The translations under genes were made by a program, and so were the position numbers. The notes beneath the pieces are model-generated. The model had not been told where the DNA came from. It was given only the letters and a program-made list of their open reading frames with translations, and did not search any database. This document shows, piece by piece, positions 9,001 through 18,042 of a DNA stretch of 64,000 nt (positions are counted from its first letter, which is position 1; each line of letters starts with the position of its first letter). The DNA comes from a virus: positions 1-64,000 of the IMG/VR virus record IMGVR_UViG_3300035698_011202, one strand, 5' to 3'.

Positions 9001-11135
9001 CAATGAAACGCCAAAGCAGGAGCATAAGCCTTAGAAGACTGACTATTACCTACTCCACCAACCTCGCGAATCTCAACAGCTGCACCTTGATATGAACCTG
9101 AAATATCAGTAGAGAAGAACTGATTGTTACCCCCGAACACATTATTCTTATCAATGTAAGCACCTTTAGTGACTGTCTCAGCGTTCCCTTCTAAATTTCC
9201 TTTAAATACAGCAGCTGTAACCTTCTTAGTAGATGGATTATAGTGAAAGTCTGATCCAGAATCATACAGTTGAGAGCTGCCGTTGTGCCACATTATGGAG
9301 TAATTAATGTTGTTAGTCTTATTCTCTGATACTAAGGCTTTGCTTGCTTGACCATCTAAAGCACCTTTGAAGGTTCCTGCTGTTAGCGTATTATTGATGC
9401 CCTCGTAAGTCAGGTCGCTGTGACTATAAATAGACCCTCCTACGTTTACGGTAACAGGGTATTTGCCGTTAAAGCTTTGTGCTATATAAGCAAGCTTTGT
9501 TGCGGTGTTAGCGTTGCCGGTTGTGGCTTGATTCCAAGTTGGGACCGTGCCAAAATTTGAGTAATCTAAATAGTGAGAGCCTTCTTCGCCGTTTAATGTA
9601 GTTGCCGCACCTGATGCTCCACCGCCTTGTGTTGCTTGTGAGAGGGTGAAGTCACCTAGTCGGTTATTAGATGGCATAGTTCCTGATACTTTATTCATAG
9701 TTAATTTATAAATTAACTTTGAAGCTGAGGCAGGAATGTTGTTATCTAGGTACTCTAGCTCTACATACGCGCTACCATAGTAAGTGTTGTTATTTGAACT
9801 ATAAAATTTACCCGTCACATCCACTTGCGCTAAATAAGAATAGCTAACCCCATCGTCTACCGATCTTGTTAACGTCAGTTTTAATCTTGGGTGATTATTG
9901 TAGGAGTTGGGTCCAGAGTAAGAGTTTGAAATCTGCCCTGAAACGCTGACTGTCTCTTGATTGCAAGGGTCTATACTCAGTGACCAAACCTCAGTATTAT
10001 TGGTTGCTGATACCGGAGTGCTAGGATATACCTTGGTTCCACCTGTTGAGCCAGCCACTAGAGGCACTAAAGAAGACAGCACTTCAGGGCTAAATACATT
10101 GAGGGATGTTATGGTGTTGGGTGCTAATCCTCCACCCAATTGCAGATACTCCACTTCAACATCATCGACTACTTTTTTAACAAATTTCAGCATGTCTTGA
10201 CCATCAGAGCCGCGAATATGTATAACCGATTTGTCTTTTTCTGAGGTAAGCACTATGCTTTGAGTAGCCCCGTTGGTTCCTGACGAAAGCTCAGGAGTAC
10301 CCACGGTTAAACTACCTGTAGCTGTTATGTTTTCAGAAAACACTCTATTAGCAAAAACTTGGTCAATGATAGCATCGCCGTTGACTACCAGATTGCCGTC
10401 CACGACTTTAGTGGCCCGTATCCAACTGCCGCTACCATTAAAGTATCTAGTCTCAGCCCAACCAGCGGCCATAAACAGAGTGACTTCATCCAAAAGAACG
10501 CTGTCATTAGGGGTCGCTAACTCTGCCTCAGCGTTGCTCCAATTTTGGCTGGTAACTAATCTATTATAGACCCCTGCGCCTCGGCTACCGTCAAAGTAAT
10601 CCACGTCTTTGATGGGGGAGTATCCCGCTAAAGCGAAACCGATGTTGGTAATGCTTCCGTTGAGGTTATGTATAGAGCAATCCCATCGGTAATTACCTGA
10701 TGGTTTTATACGTGATTCATAAAACTCCACTCCGTTCTTGCAGTAGTAGACTCTTATCCCGTTGTTCACAACTGAAAATACGTCGGTGGGTAAACTGGTG
10801 TTATTAGCACCTTTACTAGTCCCGCTCTCGTATATTACAACTTTTGCGGTGTCATCAACATATATCGCAAAGTCGATAGTGGTGTAACTGGCAGTAGCTA
10901 CATTATTACTTTGTTTGGAAAGTCCTACCATCGATCTAGTGCCCAAAGAACCTGACGCAACACACGTTGAGTAAGACTCTCTTGAGTAAGCGCCTGCGTT
11001 CCAAGAGTTTCCACCACTGGTCTTAGTTACACTAGCAGCCGATACAACCGTATTGTCGCTGTTGACTAAGTTAAAAACCGAGGCTCCGTCAATAATATCT
11101 GATATAGTTGCGGTTCCTACCGCTGTGCGTGGCAT
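3090..11135 (-). CDS. Long mosaic tail fibre / receptor-binding protein (2681 aa)
   Basis: G/S/T/N-rich; repeated F.G.L.GNA.TA.KL shaft motifs, GSGLDADKLDG motifs, duplicated modules. Confidence 0.9.
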   Translation of the reverse strand: MPRTAVGTATISDIIDGASVFNLVNSDNTVVSAASVTKTSGGNSWNAGAYSRESYSTCVASGSLGTRSMVGLSKQSNNVATASYTTIDFAIYVDDTAKVVIYESGTSKGANNTSLPTDVFSVVNNGIRVYYCKNGVEFYESRIKPSGNYRWDCSIHNLNGSITNIGFALAGYSPIKDVDYFDGSRGAGVYNRLVTSQNWSNAEAELATPNDSVLLDEVTLFMAAGWAETRYFNGSGSWIRATKVVDGNLVVNGDAIIDQVFANRVFSENITATGSLTVGTPELSSGTNGATQSIVLTSEKDKSVIHIRGSDGQDMLKFVKKVVDDVEVEYLQLGGGLAPNTITSLNVFSPEVLSSLVPLVAGSTGGTKVYPSTPVSATNNTEVWSLSIDPCNQETVSVSGQISNSYSGPNSYNNHPRLKLTLTRSVDDGVSYSYLAQVDVTGKFYSSNNNTYYGSAYVELEYLDNNIPASASKLIYKLTMNKVSGTMPSNNRLGDFTLSQATQGGGASGAATTLNGEEGSHYLDYSNFGTVPTWNQATTGNANTATKLAYIAQSFNGKYPVTVNVGGSIYSHSDLTYEGINNTLTAGTFKGALDGQASKALVSENKTNNINYSIMWHNGSSQLYDSGSDFHYNPSTKKVTAAVFKGNLEGNAETVTKGAYIDKNNVFGGNNQFFSTDISGSYQGAAVEIREVGGVGNSQSSKAYAPALAFHWGSRQQGRLALHSDGDFYFADGLDHTTLCSLHAVFVGDLTGTASSASTASLLGTRDVDDFAWAGNGAFTNPNATRKTSGYRFDPHVNNPTTEHYAINTFGNNNNVVAQHAIHYVNGESYTRAYNSTWSNWRKQWDDVNHGPNSGLDADTVDGFHANDGSGDFTGNELVVRHQNGYIFSNYFNMSANETAVTADRIAISTGSDSYLRWQTLNSFASNLPRLNQDTTGNAFTSSYSSDSAKLNSFSHVDFKKRYSTTFNITKDAYTVIAVVTGSRLASNATFSFTGTSSGVVVNAEVNVMCSHSNDILVKSHSGPYAQLSIRITSNGNDKFAIEVMRLGGSGSTNMACDVFTANTEVVSFQDSHSYTGATAIHTTTVGTSQNATGGNYDFRTDGKLYAAGGLVGNADTATKLAYIAQNFSGKHPVAASVDGIINSHSAFTYEGSTGIVEASIFKGRLSGNADTARTSEYSGQAVSATKLYSSRKINGVSFDGTADISIPASIIQNSSAFDSFNLVFHAANSSDLRSVTTIEVKPGAGEISATTFKGALDGRASKSLVSENTSNNTDYSIVWHNGSSQLYDSGSHFNYNPSTKKVTATTFKGALEGNSSTATKLTSIPTTFSGKYPVTVNVSGTIHSHTSFTYEGSTGTVKATNFEGNLSGNANSAKTLSGGGTGNLNTIPNTSADTLTYQRYSGDASNKPFSGNNANGVVWMNSHSGPYGKQLAFGDNDDLYMRRYSNASFASWKKLIHEGNIPQSITGNAATATNATNATNATNATNATNATNAGLLNGLTVQQLDRIQSGSNFVNGTLVKTRIAATAKNGASFVMEVSGKSYSSSNPPFIITVQGYLYNDTILSVSGINSGGNFNGVIKLLEHQGVLCFWWPRQSYWNSFNVHVRDAGGATNVNTVERIVDEVEPTGTKKVSCTLVNSWNSMNHGTGSGLDADKLDGLHASDFVKSTNPVMTGIASISSKLHINGEITSGSGAGLQVNGFIRSGAIFIHEGGNTPTAAGLALGNASGKLVWDGSNVAMQSQLAAYIPLAGGTLTGELNFNNSGNVRRYLIKSSSGGIFTHSLQNALAFHSDSTCMVFAGDAPEKVLIGLGYYENDHTTEDLILASDNSIRILSGQQNGYNGTTQAIFHASGLFQAPNFKGNTFEGELDGNAKTVTNGAYAVANNVFKGNNKFLSTDVNGGYQNAAIELRETNYVGTSQSSNAYAPALAFHWGGRQQGRLALHSDGHFYFADGVNHTTLRPLHANFIGSLDGTSSNASNLNNKSSTSASTVNTVVERNSSGDIQARLFRSEYGTTNGNVKFIMTQVNQSTDNYIRPTTPAQFRASVTDASYAGINHEHSGPEYFKSSRGVLNQDNNWANKLASGTYNLPVTGASKTVVNFYSPVGSAATCGFVFTYYGDLEYYSNVDSNRYARYKVWTSGNDSDLAKLSGTQTFTGSKTFSNDLTVRKTSDETAINIESGTTTFRMFVRQSDNQAGFYINNGTRLRYEAAGDKFTFSHDVIVNGDLRVGDGNDGRFYSDTNGRTAFASGSMYFQTSVPIFYNYAAQTFHGNTSGNNQNFRGNRLIGNNWEVDANGYMYAKSHGSNIAKSKVLTFNDFLPDEPPVGLEDTITANWISSGAIQTKHLQVNGVVGAAGDRRSLRITPDAQVPISFALLNDNLSVKRQIFSIDAEGNAFLDGKLSKDTVDIDSIQDQARTEINPYYVGTNANSTKSVTTSQSGTSITTTLPAVTVLGNKVNLSWRLVASSQFSGESSGGADYTSPVWRVRVYRNTTSTTPIVDKTYTGTSSNTNENGRYYDRNANLSINDLYQDINVTDATEVYVLQVTRVSGTPTTITRTFWQAQSPAFKRIEMELDYTLLYYNASGLGSGTITLASDMRAFQFVSVLGSSNNNDTIKAMLLPVADLVESYTLSDLNQFVLWGGEGANIWKVRPNTSWTSLTNTGEDATIFKVSGVNIVEKDNG
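6655..6717. repeat. 9-bp tandem repeat (GCATTAGTA x6 plus one variant) encoding (ATN)n in the tail fibre
   Basis: Seen directly. Confidence 0.95.
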
Positions 11136-12169
11136 TAGGCGACCGAAACAGAACAGCTGTACTGCTCTGAACTACCATTATCTATATCGCCAAACGTCAC
11201 CACTAAATTTTTACTATTCGTACCCACTGTTATTCCGTTTCTAGCCCATAAGTAGGTAACGCCTGATGTAATTTCAGAGCCATCTTTATTGTCATAGACT
11301 TTAGCGGTTAACGTCTTTGCGGGACCAGTGTTATTTCTAAACTCAAAACCGTTAACACTTGAGGTAATAATAACCAGTAATGAAGCCGCGCCGGTATTAC
11401 CATTTTGGATTCTAACAATGCTGATAATATCTACAGCATCACCCCCACCTACCACTTTAATTGCCATGGTTTCGGCGTTACCAAAGTTCGCGGCTGAAAT
11501 AACAATTAAGTCGTTACCAGCAAGACCATCTATATCTATAGATTTTGCTTGATTAGCAGCATTTCCCACCGAAAGGGCTGAAAAACTACCTCCGTTTTTA
11601 CTAACAAAGGCTTGCATGTCATTCACTGTGCCTTGGATAACTACAGGTATCTTGATGTCGTTAGTAGCACTGGTGTCAGTGGTGCCTGCTTCGGTAAACT
11701 TAAAGCTTTGGCGGCTAGGGACCAAACTAATAATTGCACCACCGGCACCTATAACAGCCTTAGATAAAGAAATGACTGCCGTAACCAACGTGGCATTACC
11801 CGCGCCATTGGTAACAGTAATAGCTACATCTACTAAACCTGTTTTATCCGCAGTGTTTAATCCTGAAGGACAGGTAGATACCTTTACCACTTTTTGACCC
11901 GCAACTGTTTCAGTAGTCACAGCCCATGTGCCTGAAGGAGTAAGTGCCACATTATAAGTGCTGTTGGCACCCGTACTGCCAAAAGGTATTCTGTTTGCGC
12001 CTAAGTAAACGAACAACTCACATCTAAATAAATTCTTTTCTGCATCGGTTACAACACCGGTGGAGCTTGCCGCAAAGGAATGTGACTGGTTTCCAAGTAC
12101 AACGGAGATGGGGTTAAAACCATCATTAATGTCGGATATTGTAATTGCGCCTATACTAGTTCTTGCCAT
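11135..12169 (-). CDS. Tail protein with Ig-like beta domains (adaptor between J-like protein and fibre)
   Basis: Beta-rich; C-terminal Y.W..NG...Y.C.V Ig-like pattern; between J-like and fibre genes. Confidence 0.65.
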   Translation of the reverse strand: MARTSIGAITISDINDGFNPISVVLGNQSHSFAASSTGVVTDAEKNLFRCELFVYLGANRIPFGSTGANSTYNVALTPSGTWAVTTETVAGQKVVKVSTCPSGLNTADKTGLVDVAITVTNGAGNATLVTAVISLSKAVIGAGGAIISLVPSRQSFKFTEAGTTDTSATNDIKIPVVIQGTVNDMQAFVSKNGGSFSALSVGNAANQAKSIDIDGLAGNDLIVISAANFGNAETMAIKVVGGGDAVDIISIVRIQNGNTGAASLLVIITSSVNGFEFRNNTGPAKTLTAKVYDNKDGSEITSGVTYLWARNGITVGTNSKNLVVTFGDIDNGSSEQYSCSVSVA

Positions 12170-12187
12170 GATTGTGAAGCTCCGGTG

Positions 12188-15100
12188 TTATATGTTGGTT
12201 ACAGTGCATGTGAGGTTTAAATCCGCGCCATTAGCTACGTCAGTAAAGTCCACTTTTATAGTCTTAAAATTTAGCCCTTGTGGGTCTTCACCATCAGCCG
12301 CAAAAAGATTAGTTGAGGGGGATAGGGACACGTAATCTCCACTGGTTGTGACGTAAACTACTCGCCCTTCATTAGTCCATTTATACTTATATTCACTGGT
12401 GTCATAAGCGGCTACACCGTTAATAAATATATTTGCCGTAATACTTTTTAACGCACCTGTGTTGTTTCTAAAGTAGTTTCCGTTGTCACTTAGAAGCACC
12501 ATTTGAATAGTCTCGCCCTCAGTTAAAGGCAACCACGTATAGATGCTGGCATCCGTAATGATGGCTTGTGCCGTCGTATGTCCTGAACTCAATCCTTGCC
12601 AGGTTAACTCGCCAGCGGAAGTACTAATATTTGTACCCACGGCATCCTCGGCATACGCGGTCCATGTATATAATATTTGTTCTGTGCCAAGGGCTGAGGT
12701 GAGCCTCCATGTGGTATTGCGGTTGTTATCTGTAACCAGTCGATACCAGACATGGTAAATTTGGTCTTTGATAACATTGCCAAAGGACAAACTAGTGTTT
12801 GAACCTACAGGTTTCGCAATTTCAAAATTATCAGACGTGCTGGTTTTAAATTCATAAGTATCAAATTTAGATTCAACTACAGGGGGAGTGACCGTGATGG
12901 TGCCATTGCTCGATGTTGTGTTAGGTGCAACATCTGAGGTATCTTTTTGCAATACAACCAAGGTTTGAGTAAATATTTTTCCATACCCTAAGTCTGAGCT
13001 AACAGGCTGAATAGTGAATGTGTACGTACCCGCTGAAAGCGTTTCAAGTGTAACTTCAGCACTGGTAAGGGTTTGCTTCTTTAGAATGTTTCCGGTGAGG
13101 GTGAGTAACGTAAATTCGTAGTTAGCTGAATCATCCGTCCACGTAATTAAATACTTTCCAAACGCACTGGTTTGTTCAGTGACTACAACGTTCGTAATTA
13201 AAGCCTGCACTGCCTCAATCGTTAAGATGTGGTCGTTTACCGCAAGGGCAGGGTAACGCTCATCAAAGAAATCGTGAAACGCTACACGTACAATTAACTT
13301 GCTAGGTAGAAATACTTGTTGTGACGCTTCTTTGAACTGACTCGCGGTTAAGATTAAGTTGGGTTGAGTTTGAACAGTATTAAATAAAAACGTGTTGTTG
13401 CCATCAGAATCATCAAAGATTGAAAAAGTTACACTAGATAAATAGCCACCTGTTAATAGGGCTACAGGGAGGCTAGTGACTGACCCCACAACATAGTTAA
13501 TATCTGCGTAGGCTTTTAATATTCCATTCTTGAAGCTGCCATACATAAGAGGCAATGCGTTCTCTTCAATTAGGTCAGCCGCCGTGACTCTTCCTAATTC
13601 GTAGGTTAGCGAAGTTACCGCGCTTTTAGTGCCTGACCGCTCAGCGGTGACTCTAAATTCGTACTCTGCAAACTGTAACCCTTTTATCTCAGTAAAATTT
13701 TCTGCAGTATTAACAACTCGACCTATCGACGTACCATTGCTAAAGACTTCTACGCGGTAAGATGTGCCAAACTGACGGTCTTCTTGCTCGTCCCATGAAA
13801 TCCACGCGCTAACTTGAGTGCCTTGCAAGGTATCTACAATAGACTCGTTAACCACAACTAAATTGGTGACTCTCTTTAATGGCGCTAGGAGCTGGAATGA
13901 GTACTGAGGTTGAGTAGCTTGCTTGAGTAAATCAGCTTCAGTGTGCTTTTCAGAATTAAACTCCACCGCTGAAATAGAAAATAATTCTAGGCCAGTATCA
14001 TCAGTTGGCTCAATCGATGTGATCCTATAAAGTTTTGGAAAGCCTATTTGCTTATCAGACCTTGCTCGGTTTCCAATATGCACTACCGGATAATCACCAA
14101 GACTACTCGCCGCAGGATAAGGACGACTTAACGTAAACTTGCGAAGAGGCAGCCCGACTTCAGTATCTTTTATGGTAATAGTAGCGTCAAAATCTTCCGT
14201 AAGTCCTTGCAACGTAAGGCTGTATAAACCGGATTCAGCAAAGTAAATTGGATCTCTTACCGTCAGCGAAAACGTATCGTTAGATACCACGCGGCCCGAC
14301 ACACCATGTCCCATCACAGGGTCTACTATCGCTACCACGTCATAAACTTGGAACTGCACACCCGATAAGGGCATGACAAAGTTAATCGATTCAGTTTCAG
14401 TTTGCCCAGCAACTAAAAATACCAGCGCCTTACGCTCAGCTTCCCACGCATTCGTAGTGCCTAACGACACAAACTCCGTGACATTTAAACCATGACGGTC
14501 AATGGCATCTTGGTTTCTTATCTCAGGTAATTGCTGCGTCGCATACTCACTGTCTTTATCGATAAAGCTCGTAGATACAGCGTTAATCCGCGCCGACGTA
14601 CTAGAATAAGAATAACTAAACGGAGACTCAGAGCTAGTTGATACTGCCATTTCTGCCGTAATAAAGGCCACTGGCACCGTGGGCATGTCGGTGAGTATTT
14701 CTATTTCACCATCATCGTTTTCTAAAATTACCGAAAACGTAGTGGCTAGAATTTTATTAATGAACTCCATGCCACTCATCCGGTCACTTAATACCGCGTT
14801 AAACGTGTATCGAGCTACGCCGGTTTCTGATGTATTCGGATTTTGTAAGTCTTTTGCGTTACTGAAAGCGTTATAACCATCTGCGTATTTAGCTTTGTCA
14901 TAAACTGAATACTTGTTTACTTTCACATTAGGGTTGTAAGAGATAACACCAAACACTTCGTTAAGTATTAGCTCATTGACTATCCAAAAAGGGTTGTCGG
15001 TAGGGAATCGCTCAGGAGCGTACAGGCCATCCCACGCCGAGCTTTCGTCATAGGTCTTAGTACGTGGGTTGTAATTAGATGGAACGCGGCACAACAAGCC

Positions 15101-15928
15101 CCTGTAGTCAGCATTCATCGTAGGTAGACCGTCAATCTGGTCACCAATCACACCTACCACATGCAACATCGCTGTACTTGGGTGATACTCGAAGCTAGGG
15201 GTGTCGTATTTTTTATCTGAAGCCCCATAGCTGCTCAACTTACGTGTAACCAGCTCGTACCCACGCCAAATTATCGTATCAAAGATGTCTTCATCATCAC
15301 TGTTAGTGTTTTTAGTCAGCGTAATTTCGTACTGGTCACCCGTATTTGAACGCACAGGTAACTCAAACTTTAGGCTTCGGGCAAAACCACTTTGAGGGGT
15401 TTTACCTTTTATCCTAATCGCTTTAGTTTCAGAGTAACCACCACCAATTTTTGACAGCACCACCGTCAAAGTAACTTCGTGCTCTTTCACGCCGTCTTTT
15501 GAGTTGCGGTAAAGTGCTTGTGCAACTACCTGAACGTCAAGCTGGTCCCAACCATCAGGAATACTAGGCGTGGTTTTACTAATGGGCGCACCATGAACAA
15601 CTTCCTGACCTACCGTTTGATTTGAGGCGGTGCCGTCAAACAAATATCTAATCGGCGTTTGACCGTCTTCACTCTCAGCAGCGGTTAACGGAGTGCCTGA
15701 TTCAAAACGAATGAGTAGTTCACTTTCCTCAAAGTTAGGTTTGCCTTGGCTGTCAAAAATAGGTGTGTCATCAAGGTAGATGTGGTTTAGCTTTTCTTCC
15801 GCAGATTCACCCACAATGCCACCAATCTGTCCTTGAGCAATACCCATCACAAACTCGAAAGCGTCTGTAGAAAACAGATTGCTTCTAGCATTGCTTGGGC
15901 CGCCGCCTCCGCTGCCTTTAAATCTCAT
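12188..15928 (-). CDS. Tail tip / host specificity protein (lambda J-like)
   Basis: GLLCRVPSNYNP..TY....WDG, TDNPFW and RYTFN motifs, FN3-like domains; starts at TTGACGATG. Confidence 0.88.
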   Translation of the reverse strand: MRFKGSGGGGPSNARSNLFSTDAFEFVMGIAQGQIGGIVGESAEEKLNHIYLDDTPIFDSQGKPNFEESELLIRFESGTPLTAAESEDGQTPIRYLFDGTASNQTVGQEVVHGAPISKTTPSIPDGWDQLDVQVVAQALYRNSKDGVKEHEVTLTVVLSKIGGGYSETKAIRIKGKTPQSGFARSLKFELPVRSNTGDQYEITLTKNTNSDDEDIFDTIIWRGYELVTRKLSSYGASDKKYDTPSFEYHPSTAMLHVVGVIGDQIDGLPTMNADYRGLLCRVPSNYNPRTKTYDESSAWDGLYAPERFPTDNPFWIVNELILNEVFGVISYNPNVKVNKYSVYDKAKYADGYNAFSNAKDLQNPNTSETGVARYTFNAVLSDRMSGMEFINKILATTFSVILENDDGEIEILTDMPTVPVAFITAEMAVSTSSESPFSYSYSSTSARINAVSTSFIDKDSEYATQQLPEIRNQDAIDRHGLNVTEFVSLGTTNAWEAERKALVFLVAGQTETESINFVMPLSGVQFQVYDVVAIVDPVMGHGVSGRVVSNDTFSLTVRDPIYFAESGLYSLTLQGLTEDFDATITIKDTEVGLPLRKFTLSRPYPAASSLGDYPVVHIGNRARSDKQIGFPKLYRITSIEPTDDTGLELFSISAVEFNSEKHTEADLLKQATQPQYSFQLLAPLKRVTNLVVVNESIVDTLQGTQVSAWISWDEQEDRQFGTSYRVEVFSNGTSIGRVVNTAENFTEIKGLQFAEYEFRVTAERSGTKSAVTSLTYELGRVTAADLIEENALPLMYGSFKNGILKAYADINYVVGSVTSLPVALLTGGYLSSVTFSIFDDSDGNNTFLFNTVQTQPNLILTASQFKEASQQVFLPSKLIVRVAFHDFFDERYPALAVNDHILTIEAVQALITNVVVTEQTSAFGKYLITWTDDSANYEFTLLTLTGNILKKQTLTSAEVTLETLSAGTYTFTIQPVSSDLGYGKIFTQTLVVLQKDTSDVAPNTTSSNGTITVTPPVVESKFDTYEFKTSTSDNFEIAKPVGSNTSLSFGNVIKDQIYHVWYRLVTDNNRNTTWRLTSALGTEQILYTWTAYAEDAVGTNISTSAGELTWQGLSSGHTTAQAIITDASIYTWLPLTEGETIQMVLLSDNGNYFRNNTGALKSITANIFINGVAAYDTSEYKYKWTNEGRVVYVTTSGDYVSLSPSTNLFAADGEDPQGLNFKTIKVDFTDVANGADLNLTCTVTNI

Positions 15929-15955
15929 CGTCAATCCTCATTGTATTTTTACAGC

Positions 15956-16702
15956 CTAGCGGGTAAAAGCGCCGTTCTTAGACTTGCCGCCTAGATAATA
16001 ATTGTACTCAATATCAAAGTAACTCAATTCCTCAGCGTTGTGATACAAAGTGTTCCATGAATCCCAGCCTACATCCTGCTCCCATAAGTTCAAAGCGAAG
16101 CTGCTTAGCCCTGAATCTCTACCTTTCAACGACTCGATGTTGACACTGAACAAGTGACCTCCCCATCTATGCGTCCCAAAAATCATCGGTATCACTGTGC
16201 CAGATTGTATGGTGTTGGGGTAACGCCTTGATACGCGACTATCTTTGTCTTTTTCTTTCTCCAAAGGGTCTTGTAGCTTTTCAATAATCCCGCCAACCAC
16301 TAGACCAATACCCATGGAAAAAGCCGCACTCATAAACATCTGGCCCGCTGTCAGTATCTCGCCCGCTATAATTGCGTTACCTGTCGTAGCAAAAAAGACC
16401 ACAGCTACAATTATTAGAATAATCCCGACTATAATTCTGGCGTTGGCGTTACCCGCACCCGCCATAGTCATAGGGTTGGTCTTCTTTTTGTAACGCAGCG
16501 TCATGGTGGCATCACCGACATGCTTTACTAAATCACGCGAGTCTTGGACTTCATCAATCACGCACTCGTAACGGTCCATTACTTTTCGAGGGTCAAAGTC
16601 AGGGTGAGTTTTCAGTGCTTCAAGAGCTTGCTTATACGTAGTCACATCAAAAGATAATTTCTTAGGCTTGCCTTTGAAGCCTACTAACTTAATGGTTACC
16701 AT
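15956..16702 (-). CDS. Tail assembly protein (lambda I-like)
   Basis: Ubiquitin-like N-terminus, hydrophobic Gly-rich middle, NT...G.VIPMIFG; order L-K-I-J. Confidence 0.8.
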   Translation of the reverse strand: MVTIKLVGFKGKPKKLSFDVTTYKQALEALKTHPDFDPRKVMDRYECVIDEVQDSRDLVKHVGDATMTLRYKKKTNPMTMAGAGNANARIIVGIILIIVAVVFFATTGNAIIAGEILTAGQMFMSAAFSMGIGLVVGGIIEKLQDPLEKEKDKDSRVSRRYPNTIQSGTVIPMIFGTHRWGGHLFSVNIESLKGRDSGLSSFALNLWEQDVGWDSWNTLYHNAEELSYFDIEYNYYLGGKSKNGAFTR

Positions 16703-17042
16703 AATGTGTCACCCCTCGATAAACGCTATGTCCTTCCACGTAATAGTTCGTCACTTCGTCTTTAGAAATAATAATATGTTGCCACTCAGGAACTTGTGAA
16801 AATAACTCATAGTCAGACTGACTTAAATTAGCTGTGCCTCTAGGGTGGCTATGCCATGACGCTGCAATCCTGTCTTCGTATTTATCAATATCATCATACG
16901 AAATTTCAAAATTGTCTTCAGGGTCATCGGCTATATTTTCGACTTCTACGATTTCTCCGCTGGTCAGCACGAAACCACAGCGTTCAATCTTATCGTTCCA
17001 GTAAGAACGCCATGCTAGGTCAATAGGGTTTATTGAAGCCAT
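16689..17042 (-). CDS. JAB/MPN domain tail protein (lambda K N-terminal domain)
   Basis: ERCG...WHSHP....NLSQSD JAMM motif. Confidence 0.88.
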   Translation of the reverse strand: MASINPIDLAWRSYWNDKIERCGFVLTSGEIVEVENIADDPEDNFEISYDDIDKYEDRIAASWHSHPRGTANLSQSDYELFSQVPEWQHIIISKDEVTNYYVEGHSVYRGVTHYGNH

Positions 17043-17506
17043 TACTTTCTCCTGAAACGCATTTGAGGTGAACGCTTATCTAACACATCCACTATTCCGT
17101 CAATACTGCTTAGGCCATCTACAGCTGGGTGACGCAGTACTGTCGTCACGCGTAACCGCCAGCGGTGGTCATATTCACTAAGCTCAGAAGGCTTCCCGTA
17201 CATATGGTGCAGTATCTTGTTGCGGCCCACGTAGATTCCAATGTGGTTGTCCACAGGCGATTTAAGCAAGTTCATGACCAGTACGTCACCCTTTTGCACC
17301 TTGTTAGGGTTGTTGCCTGTGTCAAAGAAACCCTCTTGATTAAACAAGTTGTGAAGCAAGTTAAGCTGAGGATTTAAAGACCAAGCATTAGGACGAGCGT
17401 GATTTTTTAATTGTAATGAATACTCGTTTTTATAGAACTGCTGCACAAGGGTATAGCAATCTTGAGTACCCAATGAATAGGGTAGGTTTAAGTAGTCAAT
17501 GTACAT
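17042..17506 (-). CDS. NlpC/P60 tail protein (lambda K C-terminal domain)
   Basis: DCYTLV, NHIGIYVG..KILHH. Confidence 0.9.
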   Translation of the reverse strand: MYIDYLNLPYSLGTQDCYTLVQQFYKNEYSLQLKNHARPNAWSLNPQLNLLHNLFNQEGFFDTGNNPNKVQKGDVLVMNLLKSPVDNHIGIYVGRNKILHHMYGKPSELSEYDHRWRLRVTTVLRHPAVDGLSSIDGIVDVLDKRSPQMRFRRK

Positions 17507-17507
17507 A

Positions 17508-17996
17508 TTAGACTCTCACCGATGAAAACTCAGGCTGCGCGTATCGACGAGGTGGGAAAACAATTTGGTTTCCGTCACTCGGCATTCTTAGCTCAGCCGT
17601 TATCATATGCTCTGTAATATTCGTTACATGCGACACAATAAAGACTCGTCGAGTATAGGTGCCCAACGATAGTTCTTGAGGTAGCACTCGGTACTCAACA
17701 ACATCTGCGCCTTCTAGGATACGTCTTGACACGTAGTAGGATAGGGCACCATCTTGGTTAGGTAAGTTAAGTTTAGGGCGAGATACTTCACCTGAACTGT
17801 TTTGCTGAAAACCAGCAATAAGAAAAGGATTACTTGTCCACGTTTCACCTAGCCACGTTATAGTTGGACCATCGGTAAGGCGAAAATGAATAGGCGTAGA
17901 ATCTAAGTCTAGGATTTTTATATATAGGAATTTTATACGTTCAGAGGACGTAAGAGATTTAATCTCAGTGGTTAAACTGGGCGAAAGTGTTTTCAT
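17508..17996 (-). CDS. Minor tail protein (lambda L-like)
   Basis: W.G..W...PF...GF.....G..SRPKL pattern; position before K-like genes; starts at TTGACGATG. Confidence 0.7.
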   Translation of the reverse strand: MKTLSPSLTTEIKSLTSSERIKFLYIKILDLDSTPIHFRLTDGPTITWLGETWTSNPFLIAGFQQNSSGEVSRPKLNLPNQDGALSYYVSRRILEGADVVEYRVLPQELSLGTYTRRVFIVSHVTNITEHMITAELRMPSDGNQIVFPPRRYAQPEFSSVRV

Positions 17997-18042
17997 CGTC
18001 AACTCCAAATTTTATGCTTGGAGTTTAATACAAAGCGCAGAC

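Noticed and set aside
3090-11135. Diversity-generating retroelement or shufflon in the tail fibre
   Set aside because: No reverse transcriptase or invertase in the window; repeat differences are mostly synonymous and not adenine-specific
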